Assembly (NCBI GenBank): GCA_963769935.1
Contig: CAVYNY010000010.1
Span: 761,487-825,486, forward strand
Direction of reading: 5' to 3'
Origin: an uncultured delta proteobacterium
Lineage (GTDB): Bacteria; Desulfobacterota; Desulfobacteria; Desulfobacterales; JAFDCJ01
DNA length: 64,000 nt
Numbering within the stretch: position 1 is the stretch's first letter; every line of letters begins with the position of its first letter. This document shows positions 20,308-30,070 of the stretch, in pieces. The notes under the pieces are model-generated. The model did no database searches. It saw only the letters and a list, made by a program, of their open reading frames with translations, and was not told where the DNA came from. The position numbers were made by a program, and so were the translations under genes.

Positions 20308-21582
20308 TTATCTAAGCCAGTTGCGGTGTTTTTCGGCCCGCTCGGACACGGTCTGTCTGAGCCACGCTTCAAGATCCTTGACGCAATAAAACTTCGGCTG
20401 CAGCAGATTGTCATCGGCAGCAATCCGTCCCTCTTCAACGGCGATCCCGGCCAGCTTCGTGTAAGGATAGATGCGAATGCCCACCGTAATTTTTAGCGCA
20501 TCCAAATTCAGGGATTCGACAAAATCAAAACTTTCCGCCACGGTTTTACGCGTCTCGCCGGGGCCTCCCAGCAGCAAGAAGCCCATGCGCCGGATGCCGG
20601 CCTCCGCAAACATATCACTGGCCCGGCGGATGTCCCGGGGACCGAAGCGCTTGTTCATGTCACGCAGCATCATGTGGTGGCCGCTTTCAAAACCCAGGCT
20701 GACTTCCGTGCAGCCGGCGCGAGCCATAGCGTCGACCAGCGGCCTGGAAACCCGGCCGGGATACACGATGCACCGCCAGCGAAAGTCCAGTCCGGCCGCG
20801 GCCATCCGCCGGCATAGTTCGACGGCGTAAGGTTGGGGCAGGTTAAAGGTGTTGTCGACAAAAAACACCTGCGAGAATCCGGCGCTAACCCAGCCTGCCA
20901 GCTCCTGCACCGCAGCCTCCGGCGAACGTTTGCGGATGAGATGCCCCTCGATGGTCGAAGTCGAGCAGTAGCTGCAGTTCAGCGGGCACCCCCGCCGGGT
21001 TTGAAACGGCAGCCAGTAATGCTGTTTTCGACGATCCCCCGAGGTCATCAGGGACGGGTCGGGCAGCGCGATTGCGTCCAGGTTTTTCACGAATCGGCGA
21101 CCGGCCTGCTGTCCGCGGCCCGGCAGATAAAGCCCGGGTACGTTTGAAAGGTCCTTTTTCGCCTCGATTTGCGATAACAGGGCCGGGAACGCAATTTCAC
21201 CCTCGCCCTGGATGCCCATGTCGGCCCCTAAATACTCCAGGGCGCTTTGCGGAAAAATACTGTAGCCGGCGCCTCCCAGCACTATCGGCGCCGGTGACAG
21301 CTGCCGGCATAATTCGATGACCTCCCCGGCCTGGTCAAGCATAAAATGGGTCGCTCCCATCGCCTGGTCATCGATGTTGCGCACTGAAACACCGATGACT
21401 TCGGGACCAAAGGCTGCCACCCTGTTTTTGAGCGTCTGTTGATAATCATCTTGCGCCATCAGATCCAGGAATTCCACCTCGTGGCCCGCCCGCTGGGCGG
21501 CGGCCGCCACACAACCCAGTCCCATGGGCAGGGTCGGCATGTTGATGTCCTCACGGTTGGCTGAAATAAGCAGGACTCTCAT
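20308..21582 (-). CDS. B12-binding radical SAM protein
   Basis: B12-binding domain (IVLGGAGYS), TRRGCPLNCSYC, FFVDNTFN, LGFESG, LLGGPGET. Confidence 0.9.
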   Translation of the reverse strand: MRVLLISANREDINMPTLPMGLGCVAAAAQRAGHEVEFLDLMAQDDYQQTLKNRVAAFGPEVIGVSVRNIDDQAMGATHFMLDQAGEVIELCRQLSPAPIVLGGAGYSIFPQSALEYLGADMGIQGEGEIAFPALLSQIEAKKDLSNVPGLYLPGRGQQAGRRFVKNLDAIALPDPSLMTSGDRRKQHYWLPFQTRRGCPLNCSYCSTSTIEGHLIRKRSPEAAVQELAGWVSAGFSQVFFVDNTFNLPQPYAVELCRRMAAAGLDFRWRCIVYPGRVSRPLVDAMARAGCTEVSLGFESGHHMMLRDMNKRFGPRDIRRASDMFAEAGIRRMGFLLLGGPGETRKTVAESFDFVESLNLDALKITVGIRIYPYTKLAGIAVEEGRIAADDNLLQPKFYCVKDLEAWLRQTVSERAEKHRNWLR

Positions 21583-21787
21583 AATGTTTTAGGCTTTCGC
21601 TGCTGCGCTTTAATTGGAAGTGCGTCATCCCTTTAATTATTGCCGCATAATACAAGCTATAATTTAACACCGTTTCTACCCCGCTTCAAGAAACTAAAAA
21701 TTTTGAGGCAACGCGCAATAAAATCTTGCGCAATTTTGCGCGATATTGCATAAATTCAGATTAAATCTTAAAAATTCATAGACGTAA

Positions 21788-22801
21788 ATGGCTCGCAGAT
21801 ATCAAAACAAAACAGACTGGCAACGGCTGCGATCGATAACCGAAAGCGGCCTCAATGCAAGCGGCAAATTTCCGTTTTCGGTCAGCGTTGACGGCAAAAT
21901 CGAATGGATCGACAGCGGCCTGTACCATGACAACTACCGTTTCTGGATTGTCGGGCCGGAACTTCCCGAGGCGTGGCAGGACAAATCCCTGCTGCTGCGG
22001 CTCAGCACCCAAAAAAGAGTGCCGCGGTCCAAAACTGAAACAGTCCAATATCTTTTGCGGGAAGCGCAAACCCTGCAAGCTTTAAAAGACGAGGCGTTCG
22101 CTTTTGAAACGCCGGAGCTGATCTGTATGGTGAAATCGGAAGCCAGGCAGCCGGTCGGTTTGGTTGAAAACTGGGTCTGGGGCATGTCGCTGCAGTTTTA
22201 TAAGGACAGCAGTTATGCGGATAGAATCATTCCGACCATTGCAGCGGTGGCCGCCGCCGTCCACCATCTGCCGCCCGGCCGATTCAGCCATCTGCCGGCT
22301 TTCCCGGACAGCCGGACCCACATTCTGAAGGAATTGAAAAGCCTGCCGCCGGCGCTGTTCCGCGAATACCCGGCCGCCCGGGCGGCTCGCAAATGGATTC
22401 TGTCCCGTCTTCCCGCCAACCGGCCGGCAACCGTTCTGCACGGCGACCTTTTGCCGCAAAACATCAACTGCGGTGAAAACAAGGGCGAGTGGAAAATTGC
22501 AGTCATCGATTGGGAGTTTGCCGCAATCGGCGACCCGGCTTACGATCTGGCCATTGTGACTCGCGGCGACCGCAGGCTCATGGGAAAAAATAACGGACTG
22601 CAGCATTTGATCGACAATTACCGGGAGACCGACGGCATTGATCTCAGCGTTGCCGATGTCCACATCCATGAGCTGCTGATGATTTTGAATTGGCTGTGGG
22701 ACAGTGCTAAGGGATATCGCAAACAACTAACTGAGGGCCACGGCCCCGCTCATTATGCCCAGCGCATGGAATCCCTGCTGCGCCGGGCGGAAACGGAGTA
22801 A
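21788..22801 (+). CDS. Aminoglycoside phosphotransferase (APH)-family kinase
   Basis: VLHGDLLPQNI, VIDWEFAAIGDPAYDLA. Confidence 0.85.
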   Translation: MARRYQNKTDWQRLRSITESGLNASGKFPFSVSVDGKIEWIDSGLYHDNYRFWIVGPELPEAWQDKSLLLRLSTQKRVPRSKTETVQYLLREAQTLQALKDEAFAFETPELICMVKSEARQPVGLVENWVWGMSLQFYKDSSYADRIIPTIAAVAAAVHHLPPGRFSHLPAFPDSRTHILKELKSLPPALFREYPAARAARKWILSRLPANRPATVLHGDLLPQNINCGENKGEWKIAVIDWEFAAIGDPAYDLAIVTRGDRRLMGKNNGLQHLIDNYRETDGIDLSVADVHIHELLMILNWLWDSAKGYRKQLTEGHGPAHYAQRMESLLRRAETE

Positions 22802-22879
22802 CAGAAGTTGCCAGGGGGGTGGGAAGAGGCAGCCTTGTCCAGGTCCCAGCCCGGAGGTCCAAACTAAGGAGAAGGAAAA

Positions 22880-23521
22880 ATGGCGAACATAGAAGGCCTG
22901 AAATACAGACTGGAAGATCTGGTTCATCGCTCCTGGGATGTGAAGGGCATCGCGGAGAGGTTCGAAAAACTGGTCCGGGAGGGCATTCCTTCCAACCGGC
23001 CCGAGCCCACGGATTTTTTAGCACGCAAGCAGGAGATTGTCAAAGGGGTCGAGCGGCGGGCCGAGGAATATGAATATCTCAGCCACAGCTGCGCCAAGGG
23101 CAGCGCCCTGGCCCTGATGGAAGCGTTCGGGCTGGGCAATATAGCAATTATCAGGGCGCTCTCGCCGTTTCCCGGCTTTGCAATGACCGGCGGCATCTGC
23201 GGAGCTGTGACCGGAGCCCTGGTTGCTCTGGGATTGTATTTCGGCAGCGACGACCTGCAGGACTATGAGGGCACCGGCCGTACAATGTCCGCCGCCCGCA
23301 AGTTTATTCCGCGGTTCGAAGAGGAAGTCGGCTCCATCTATTGCCCCCGCATCCAGCAGGACTTTGTCTTCGATAAGTACATGGATCCGCGCGCCAGCCG
23401 GGAAAATTTTGAGGCATTTGTCGCGGCGCACGGCTACGAAAAGTGTTCGCTGCTGCCGGGAATCGGCGCCCGTATTGCGGCCGAAATTATTTTTGAAAGC
23501 ATGGAAAAAGATCACAATTAA
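22880..23521 (+). CDS. C-GCAxxG-C-C family redox protein
   Basis: SCAKG, GGICGAVTG, GSIYC, EKC. Confidence 0.8.
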   Translation: MANIEGLKYRLEDLVHRSWDVKGIAERFEKLVREGIPSNRPEPTDFLARKQEIVKGVERRAEEYEYLSHSCAKGSALALMEAFGLGNIAIIRALSPFPGFAMTGGICGAVTGALVALGLYFGSDDLQDYEGTGRTMSAARKFIPRFEEEVGSIYCPRIQQDFVFDKYMDPRASRENFEAFVAAHGYEKCSLLPGIGARIAAEIIFESMEKDHN

Positions 23522-23545
23522 GAATCTAATAAATGGGGAAACACT

Positions 23546-24307
23546 ATGAGCTGGTTTGGAAAATTGACCTTCGGCGCAGTGGGTCTGCTGTTGGGCGGCC
23601 CCCTTGGCGCGATTGCCGGCGCAGCCTTGGGGCACATCCTGATCGACAGGCAAGGCGGGCTTATCAAGCACGAGTATTACACTGAAAGGCCGGAATTTGT
23701 GGGAACCGAGCAGGCCCAGGCCTCCTATTTTGTGAGCTTATTTTCGATTCTGGGCAAGCTCTCCAAAGTCGACGGTAGGGTCAGCCGGGATGAAATCGCC
23801 GTTGTGCAAGACTTTATCAACAGTCTGCCGATGGATGAAGCCCAAAAGGAATTTGCCCGCCGGGTTTTCAGAGAAGCCAAGGACTCTCCCTACGCCATCG
23901 AAGATTTTGCCGCGCAGCTTTACCGGGCAGTCGGCAGGCAGCCGGCAGTAATGATGTCCTTTTTTAGCCTCCTGTTTCACGTCGCCGCCGCCGACGGCAC
24001 CCTGCATCCGGCCGAAGAAGCCGCCCTGAAAAGCATCCAGAATATTTTTCGGATCAGCGACAGCCGGTATGAAGACATCAAGGCGGTCTACATCAAAAAC
24101 GAGGATAAATATTACAAAATTTTAAACTGCACCCCCGCGTGTTCCAATGAAGAAATCAAGGCCAACTACAAGAAGCTCGTAAAGGATTTTCATCCCGACA
24201 AGATCATTGCCAAAGGACTGCCGGAAGAATTCGTCGACTTTGCCTCCGAGCGCTTTCGTGAAATCCAGGAAAGCTACGAAAAAATAAGAAAGGAACGCCA
24301 CTTCTGA
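23546..24307 (+). CDS. djlA: DjlA co-chaperone (TM + TerB + J domain)
   Basis: GGPLGAIAGAALGH, KVDGRVS..EI, J domain with FHPD. Confidence 0.9.
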   Translation: MSWFGKLTFGAVGLLLGGPLGAIAGAALGHILIDRQGGLIKHEYYTERPEFVGTEQAQASYFVSLFSILGKLSKVDGRVSRDEIAVVQDFINSLPMDEAQKEFARRVFREAKDSPYAIEDFAAQLYRAVGRQPAVMMSFFSLLFHVAAADGTLHPAEEAALKSIQNIFRISDSRYEDIKAVYIKNEDKYYKILNCTPACSNEEIKANYKKLVKDFHPDKIIAKGLPEEFVDFASERFREIQESYEKIRKERHF

Positions 24308-24365
24308 AATTTTAAAAGCTGGCCTTGGCAAGTGGGAGCAAATTGCTAAAAGCACGTTTAGTGGG

Positions 24366-24820
24366 GTTTCAGGTGTCAGCCCCGCCGCCGGCCAAAACAA
24401 CGGCCGGTCTGATCGAAAAAGAAACATAATAGTTCACCGCAGAGCCCGCCGAGAACGCCGAGAAACAAAAGTTAAATTAATCTCTGCGCTCTCTGCGCTC
24501 TCAGCGGTGAGACACTTCGTAAAAATGGCATCGAATTTAAGGAAGTTTCATATAAGCGGCGCCGCTGGTCGCGAGCGTCCAGTCTGATCGATAAAAGAAA
24601 CTTTTAGGAACTCGGACACAGTTGGATTTAATATCACGCCCACTTCGTTGGAGCTCACAGAGACCGCGGAGAACATTTTTCTTTCGCCGCAGGCGGCTGT
24701 AACCCCAAACCTCTGTGATCTCTGAGCGCTCTGTGTGAGATGCAGTTTCATATAAGATGGCAGGAATCGGGTGTCAACCGGCGGCTGCGGTCAACGGCCA
24801 TGCTGAAACCTGAAACCCAA
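24366..24820. repeat. Cluster of palindromic / REP-like intergenic elements
   Basis: Two GTTTCA...TCTGATCGA.AAAGAAAC units (24366-24425, 24545-24601) and two CAC(C)GCAGAG...CTCTG.G.TGAG hairpins (24434-24510, 24633-24740). Confidence 0.75.
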
Positions 24821-24847
24821 TAATGACTTCTTAAAGCGAGGTGTACC

Positions 24848-25336
24848 ATGCAAGACATACCGGATTTGTTGAAGGGCCTTGAACGCACCGGCCGCATCCT
24901 GTCGGAATTCGTGCACAGCATTCCGGCCGAAAAAATGAACCTGCGCCGCGGCGACGGCTTCTGGACCATCGGCGAGCACGTCAGCCACCTGGCCCAGGTG
25001 CAGCCCATGCTGCTGGAGCGCCTGCAAAGATTCATCGCTGAAGACCACCCGGAATTTATTCCCTATATACCCGGCGACGGCGAGGCTGAAGCCCAGCCGC
25101 CGCAAATGCCGGTCAACGAGGCCCTGGAATCCTTTGCCCGCCACCGGGCCCAGCAGCTGGCGCTGCTGGAAAACGCAGATGAAGCCGTCTGGCGGAAAAC
25201 CGCCGGCCATCCGGAATACGAACTTTATTCCATGCATATCCTGGCAAGACACATCCTGCTGCACGATTACTGGCACATGTACCGCATGGAAGAACTCTGG
25301 TTGACCAGGGATGCGTACCTGACGAAGCTGGATTGA
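24848..25336 (+). CDS. DinB/YfiT-family protein
   Basis: WTIGEHVSHL ... HILLHDYWH metal-binding His triad. Confidence 0.85.
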   Translation: MQDIPDLLKGLERTGRILSEFVHSIPAEKMNLRRGDGFWTIGEHVSHLAQVQPMLLERLQRFIAEDHPEFIPYIPGDGEAEAQPPQMPVNEALESFARHRAQQLALLENADEAVWRKTAGHPEYELYSMHILARHILLHDYWHMYRMEELWLTRDAYLTKLD

Positions 25337-25371
25337 AGCCGGGCGATGGTGTCATCCGGGTGCATTCCTGG

Positions 25372-25406
25372 ATATCCAGCATCGAGTATCGAGCATCCAG
25401 CATCGA
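25372..25406 (+). repeat. Heptamer tandem repeat (ATCCAGC/ATCGAGY)
   Basis: atatccagcatcgagtatcgagcatccagcatcga. Confidence 0.75.
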
Positions 25407-25501
25407 CCTCGTGAATGCGATCGTCTGGCGCTGACCCTCTTAAATAGTTATACGGATTTATACAACGTTAAAATAGACTAGCCACTGGAGAGGTGCCGAT
25501 T

Positions 25502-26785
25502 ATGGAACAGGGCCTGATCACCTGCCCGAACTGCGGCCGGGAATTTGAACTGTCGGATGCGCTGACCGGGCGGATTCGGGAACATCTGAAGGTCGAGCTG
25601 CTGCAGGAGGTGTCCCGGCGTGAAGCGGAGCTTAAAAAAAAGGGCGCGGCTCTCAGGGCGCAGGAAGCGGAGATCTCCCAAAGCCGCGAGGCGATTGACG
25701 CCGAAATCGAGTCTCGTCTGAAAGAGCGTCTGGCCGAGGCCGAAAACAAGGCCGCCCAAAAGCTCGCCGGGCAGTATGCGGAGCAGCTCAAGGAGCTGCA
25801 GCAAAGCCTCGCGGAAAAAGATGCGGCCATCAGGAGCTTCAGAGAGCAGGAGCTGGAGCTGCGCAAAAGACAGCGTAAACTGGAGGAGGACCGGGACGCA
25901 TTCGAGCTGGAAGCGGCCCGCAAACTGGATGAGGAGCGGGAAAAAATCCGGAGTGAGGCCCTGAAAAAAGTGGCCGAGGCGCACCGGCTCAAGGACCTGG
26001 AGAAGGACAAGGTGATCAATGACCTGCGGAACTCGCTCGAGGATATGAAGCGCAAGGCCGAACAGGGCTCCATGGAGACCCAGGGCGAGGTGCTGGAACA
26101 GGACTTCGAAGCGCAGCTGAAAGCCTTCTTTGTCCATGACGACATCCAGCCCGTGCCCAAAGGCATCCGCGGGGCCGATCTCGTACAAACCGTGCGCACG
26201 CCCATCGGCGCCGAATCCGGCATCCTGCTGTGGGAAACCAAAAACACCAAGGCCTGGAGCAGCGCCTGGATCCCCAAGCTCAAGGACGACATGATCGAGG
26301 TGCGGGCTTCGATTGCCATCCTGGTCTCCGTTGTACTGCCGGAGGGCGTCAACCGCTTCGGACAGCTCGACGGGGTCTGGGTCAGCGATCCTCTTTCCGC
26401 CCTTCCGCTGGCCGCCGCCCTGCGCGAACAATTGATGGCGGTCGGCCGCGAGCGCACCGCCTCCATCGGCAAGGGCGAAAAGATGGAGGCGCTGTACCAG
26501 TACCTGGCCGGCGTCGAGTTCAAACAGAAAATCGAGGGGATCGTCGAAGCCTTCACCTCGATGCAGGATCAACTCAACCGCGAACGCCGGGCCATGGAGC
26601 GCCACTGGAAGCAGCGCGAAAAGGAGATCGAACGCGTCGTCAAAAACACCGTGGGCCTGTACGGCGACATGCAGGGCATTATCGGCGGCCAGATCCCGGC
26701 CATCCCGGCCCTGGAACTCGACGGCGAATCTGCGCGGCAGCTGCCGGGTGAATCCGACACCATGTTTTCCGAACATGAAGAATAG
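25502..26785 (+). CDS. DUF2130 coiled-coil / PD-(D/E)xK-like protein
   Basis: ITCPNCG, long coiled coil, QGSMETQGEVLE, GADLVQ, ILLWETKNTK. Confidence 0.85.
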   Translation: MEQGLITCPNCGREFELSDALTGRIREHLKVELLQEVSRREAELKKKGAALRAQEAEISQSREAIDAEIESRLKERLAEAENKAAQKLAGQYAEQLKELQQSLAEKDAAIRSFREQELELRKRQRKLEEDRDAFELEAARKLDEEREKIRSEALKKVAEAHRLKDLEKDKVINDLRNSLEDMKRKAEQGSMETQGEVLEQDFEAQLKAFFVHDDIQPVPKGIRGADLVQTVRTPIGAESGILLWETKNTKAWSSAWIPKLKDDMIEVRASIAILVSVVLPEGVNRFGQLDGVWVSDPLSALPLAAALREQLMAVGRERTASIGKGEKMEALYQYLAGVEFKQKIEGIVEAFTSMQDQLNRERRAMERHWKQREKEIERVVKNTVGLYGDMQGIIGGQIPAIPALELDGESARQLPGESDTMFSEHEE

Positions 26786-26872
26786 GGTTGCCTCCCAGAA
26801 ATAAATATTTGCAAAGATTTGGGCAGCGATAGAATCAAAAATGTTTTTTTGCATTTTATGAAAAGAATTTTT

Positions 26873-26953
26873 ATCACGAAAACACGAAACCTTGAAAGCA
26901 CGAAATTTATCTTGTCTACTTTTCGTGTTTTCGTCCTTTCGTGCTTTCGTGAT
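26873..26953. repeat. Inverted repeat built from CACGAAA units
   Basis: atcacgaaaacacgaaac..gcacgaaa ... tttcgtgttttcg..tttcgtgctttcgtgat. Confidence 0.75.
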
Positions 26954-27006
26954 TAATTTGTCCTTTTTAGTTCTCCGCCTCTGGCGGATCCGGGTTAGGG
27001 TGGCTA

Positions 27007-27345
27007 ATGAAAGAAATTATTGAAAAATTAAGAGACTTTGTCGACGCAAGAGACTGGGCCAAGTTTCATTCGCCCAAGAATCTGGCGATGGCCCTGAGCG
27101 TGGAGGCGGCTGAAATCGTCGAACATTTCCAGTGGCTGACCCAGGAACAAAGCTATCGGTTGGAGCCGGATAAACTTGAAAAGGTGCGCGACGAAATCGG
27201 TGATGTTTTCATCTACCTGACGATGCTCGCGGACAAGCTCGGAATAGATCCATTGGCAGCGGCTTTCGATAAAATTGAAAAAAACGAAAAAAATTATCCT
27301 GCGAGCCTGGTCCGGGGAAAATCCAAAAAGTACAAAGAATATTAG
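27007..27345 (+). CDS. MazG-like nucleotide pyrophosphohydrolase (dCTPase-like)
   Basis: RDWAKFHSPKNLAMALSVEAAEIVEHFQW, DEIGDV. Confidence 0.9.
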   Translation: MKEIIEKLRDFVDARDWAKFHSPKNLAMALSVEAAEIVEHFQWLTQEQSYRLEPDKLEKVRDEIGDVFIYLTMLADKLGIDPLAAAFDKIEKNEKNYPASLVRGKSKKYKEY

Positions 27346-27624
27346 GATATCTGCCGGCGTCCACGGCATCCACTGCCGCTCTTAACTCTGCGGCACTTTT
27401 GCGAGAGAATTTATCTGCGCCAAACCGCCCGCCTTTTAAACATTTATCGCACCTGCCCCGGCAAAGAAAGCTTGTGCCCACCTCCTAAAGTCTTAAAATT
27501 AGCCTTTCCTTTTTAATATAATTATTGCAAATTAACCTTGTAAAATTAAATTAAAGTAAAAACCGGATGAAAAAAACCCACAATCCCGCATGTGCGATTT
27601 TTCAGGTAGGATAAATAAGGAGCA

Positions 27625-29337
27625 ATGATGAGCGGCGAAAACTTGCGACCCGATAGTTCCCTGCAGGCAATGTTCAAGACCGGAGGGCGCAGGCTCGGAT
27701 TCTGGCAGGTGGGGGCCAATCTTATCGGCGCCTGTGTGGTCACTTCGTATTTCGTCGTTTTTGATCGGATATTTTCGGCGGAGGGGATCCGGTATACCTT
27801 TTATGTGGTTGCCGTCATGTTTCCCATTCTGGTCGTAATCGGCAATTTTTTTTCCAGTTTTTGGCAAAAGGATTTGAACCGCTTTTTAGCACTGGACACC
27901 GAGCAGCGGAAAAATCATGCTGATCTGCGAAAAAAGGCCCAGCGCAAAGTCCTCGATCTGCCGCTTATGTCGGCCGCAATAAGCTTCCTTAACTGGTTGC
28001 TTGCCGCCGTTACAATGACCACCTTTAGCCTGATTTCAGGATACGGCGGCACGGAATCATTGACAGTTCGGATAATTGACGGAATAAGGGTCTTTGTGGG
28101 CAACATCATCGGCGGCATCGTGGTGGCGGCCATTATTTTTCTTATAACCGAGGCCAAATGCCGCCGGGTATGGCCGTACTTTTTCCCTCACGGGGGTCTG
28201 GTCAAAACGCCGGGGGTAGTTCGCATCAACCTGCGCACGCGGATGTCGGTGATATTTATTCTGGCCAGCATTTTGCCGCTGATTTTAATGGGGGTGCTGT
28301 CGTATAACAAGGCCCGCCTGATGCTGGTCATGAATCCGGCGGAAGTCATCCAGAGCCTGCTGTACCTGACCGCATTTTTACTGACGGTCACCCTGGCCGT
28401 GGCGCTCATATTATCCCGCCTGTTCAGCACCGGCATCATCGATCCGGTCAGACGGATGGAAGCGGCCATGGCCAGGGTTGAACGAGGGGACCTGACGGCA
28501 ACCGTCGCGGTCACCAGCAATGACGAACTGGGGGCGCTGGCGGAGAACTTCAACCAGATGACCGAGGGGCTCAAAGACCGGTACCGCTTGCGTCAATCGA
28601 TGGATCTGGCCAAAGAAGTGCAGCAAAATCTTCTGCCGAGGGGCAATCCCCGGTTTCCCGGCTTGGATATCGCCGGCACAAGCATCTACTGTGATGAAAC
28701 CGGCGGTGATTATTTCGACTTTTTCGACAACGCCGCACCCGACGCCAAAAAATATTGCGTGGTCATCGGCGATGTATCCGAGCATGGCATCCCATCCGCC
28801 CTTCTGATGGCCTCGGTACGCGCATTTTTGCGCCAGCGCTCCGCCCTGCCCGGCAGTATTGCCAGTGTGGTAACCGACGTAAACCGGCAGCTGACCTGCG
28901 ATGTGGCGGAAAGCGGTCGATTCATCACCCTGTTTTACCTTCAAATCGATATGGACAAGCGCAGCCTGCGCTGGGTGCGGGCCGGACATGAACCTGCCGT
29001 GCTTTACGACCCTGCGACCGATCGTTTTGAAGAACTCGGCGGCCGGGGCATTCCCCTGGGAATCGACAGCAGCTGGCAGTATACCGAAGAAGAATATGCC
29101 GCGCTGGCGGCCGGTCAGATCATTGTTTTGAGTACGGACGGCATTTGGGAGGCCCGCAATCCGCAGGACGAAATGTTCGGCAAACAGGCCCTGTACCGCA
29201 TCGTTCGCCAGAACTCCCGCGCCGGAGCAGCCGCAATTCAGGATGCCGTCCTGGCGGAGCTGCGGCAATTTCAGCAGGAATTAGAGCCGGCCGACGACAT
29301 CACGCTGGTCATCATTAAAATCAACGGCGATAGCTGA
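27625..29337 (+). CDS. Membrane HAMP + SpoIIE/PP2C serine phosphatase (RsbU-like)
   Basis: Multiple TMs, NDELGALAENFNQM, ETGGDYFD, IGDVSEHG, RAGHEP, STDGIWE, DDITL. Confidence 0.9.
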   Translation: MMSGENLRPDSSLQAMFKTGGRRLGFWQVGANLIGACVVTSYFVVFDRIFSAEGIRYTFYVVAVMFPILVVIGNFFSSFWQKDLNRFLALDTEQRKNHADLRKKAQRKVLDLPLMSAAISFLNWLLAAVTMTTFSLISGYGGTESLTVRIIDGIRVFVGNIIGGIVVAAIIFLITEAKCRRVWPYFFPHGGLVKTPGVVRINLRTRMSVIFILASILPLILMGVLSYNKARLMLVMNPAEVIQSLLYLTAFLLTVTLAVALILSRLFSTGIIDPVRRMEAAMARVERGDLTATVAVTSNDELGALAENFNQMTEGLKDRYRLRQSMDLAKEVQQNLLPRGNPRFPGLDIAGTSIYCDETGGDYFDFFDNAAPDAKKYCVVIGDVSEHGIPSALLMASVRAFLRQRSALPGSIASVVTDVNRQLTCDVAESGRFITLFYLQIDMDKRSLRWVRAGHEPAVLYDPATDRFEELGGRGIPLGIDSSWQYTEEEYAALAAGQIIVLSTDGIWEARNPQDEMFGKQALYRIVRQNSRAGAAAIQDAVLAELRQFQQELEPADDITLVIIKINGDS

Positions 29338-29546
29338 AATTAGTATAGTTGCAACATTTCAGCTGTCTGAAAGAAGCCGCAATTCAAAACGAATTTTCAT
29401 GAAAATAATTTTCATTACACGCGACCCCTGCTTCGCCTGTAGCCTTAATTCGTGTGAATTCGTGTCCATTCGTGGCTGACTAATTTTAAAAAAAACTAAA
29501 ATCGTGTGAATATTCCTGTGGGATTCGATGAAAAGGAGGTCCGACC

Positions 29547-29963
29547 ATGGCTACGACGACGGTTCGCTGGTTGAATGAAACACACTTTGTGGGTATCGAT
29601 TCCGGGAGGCATTCGGTGGTGTTGTCCGGGCAGGACGACGGCATTGGCGTCAGTCCCTCCCAGATGCTGCTGGTTGCGTTGTCTGCGTGTTCAGCAGTGG
29701 ATGTCGTTGAGATATTGAAGAAAAAACGCAAAAAATTGACCCTGCTGGAGATCACCGCCAGCGGCGAGCAGGATCCGGAACCGCCGTGGGCGTATCGCAA
29801 GATCCACGTCCGATACCGCCTCGGCGGCGAGGGGCTGACGGATAAAGCGGTTGCGCAGGCCATTAACCTCTCCCAGGAAAAATATTGCTCGGTGGCCGCT
29901 ACGGTCAGGGGCGTCGCACAGATCACCACCGAATATGAAATTGTGGCACCGGATGCCGGATAG
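29547..29963 (+). CDS. OsmC-family protein
   Basis: SPSQMLLVALSACS..DVV, SQEKYCSV. Confidence 0.9.
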   Translation: MATTTVRWLNETHFVGIDSGRHSVVLSGQDDGIGVSPSQMLLVALSACSAVDVVEILKKKRKKLTLLEITASGEQDPEPPWAYRKIHVRYRLGGEGLTDKAVAQAINLSQEKYCSVAATVRGVAQITTEYEIVAPDAG

Positions 29964-29965
29964 CT

Positions 29966-30041
29966 TACCGCAGAGCTCGCAGAGACCGCCGAGAAAAAAA
30001 TTTTCAGTTAATCTCCGCGATCTCTGCGCTCTCAGCGGTGA
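29966..30041. repeat. REP-like hairpin element, same family as 24434-24510, between convergent genes
   Basis: taccgcagagctcgcagagaccgccgaga...tctccgcgatctctgcgctctcagcggtga. Confidence 0.8.
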
Positions 30042-30070
30042 GACTCTTGGCAAAAATCCAGCGGATCCGC

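Noticed and set aside
25468..26854. Long antisense ORFs (362 and 458 aa) opposite the DUF2130 gene, and similar shadow ORFs elsewhere
   Set aside because: Shadow frames of GC-rich coding genes with no motifs.
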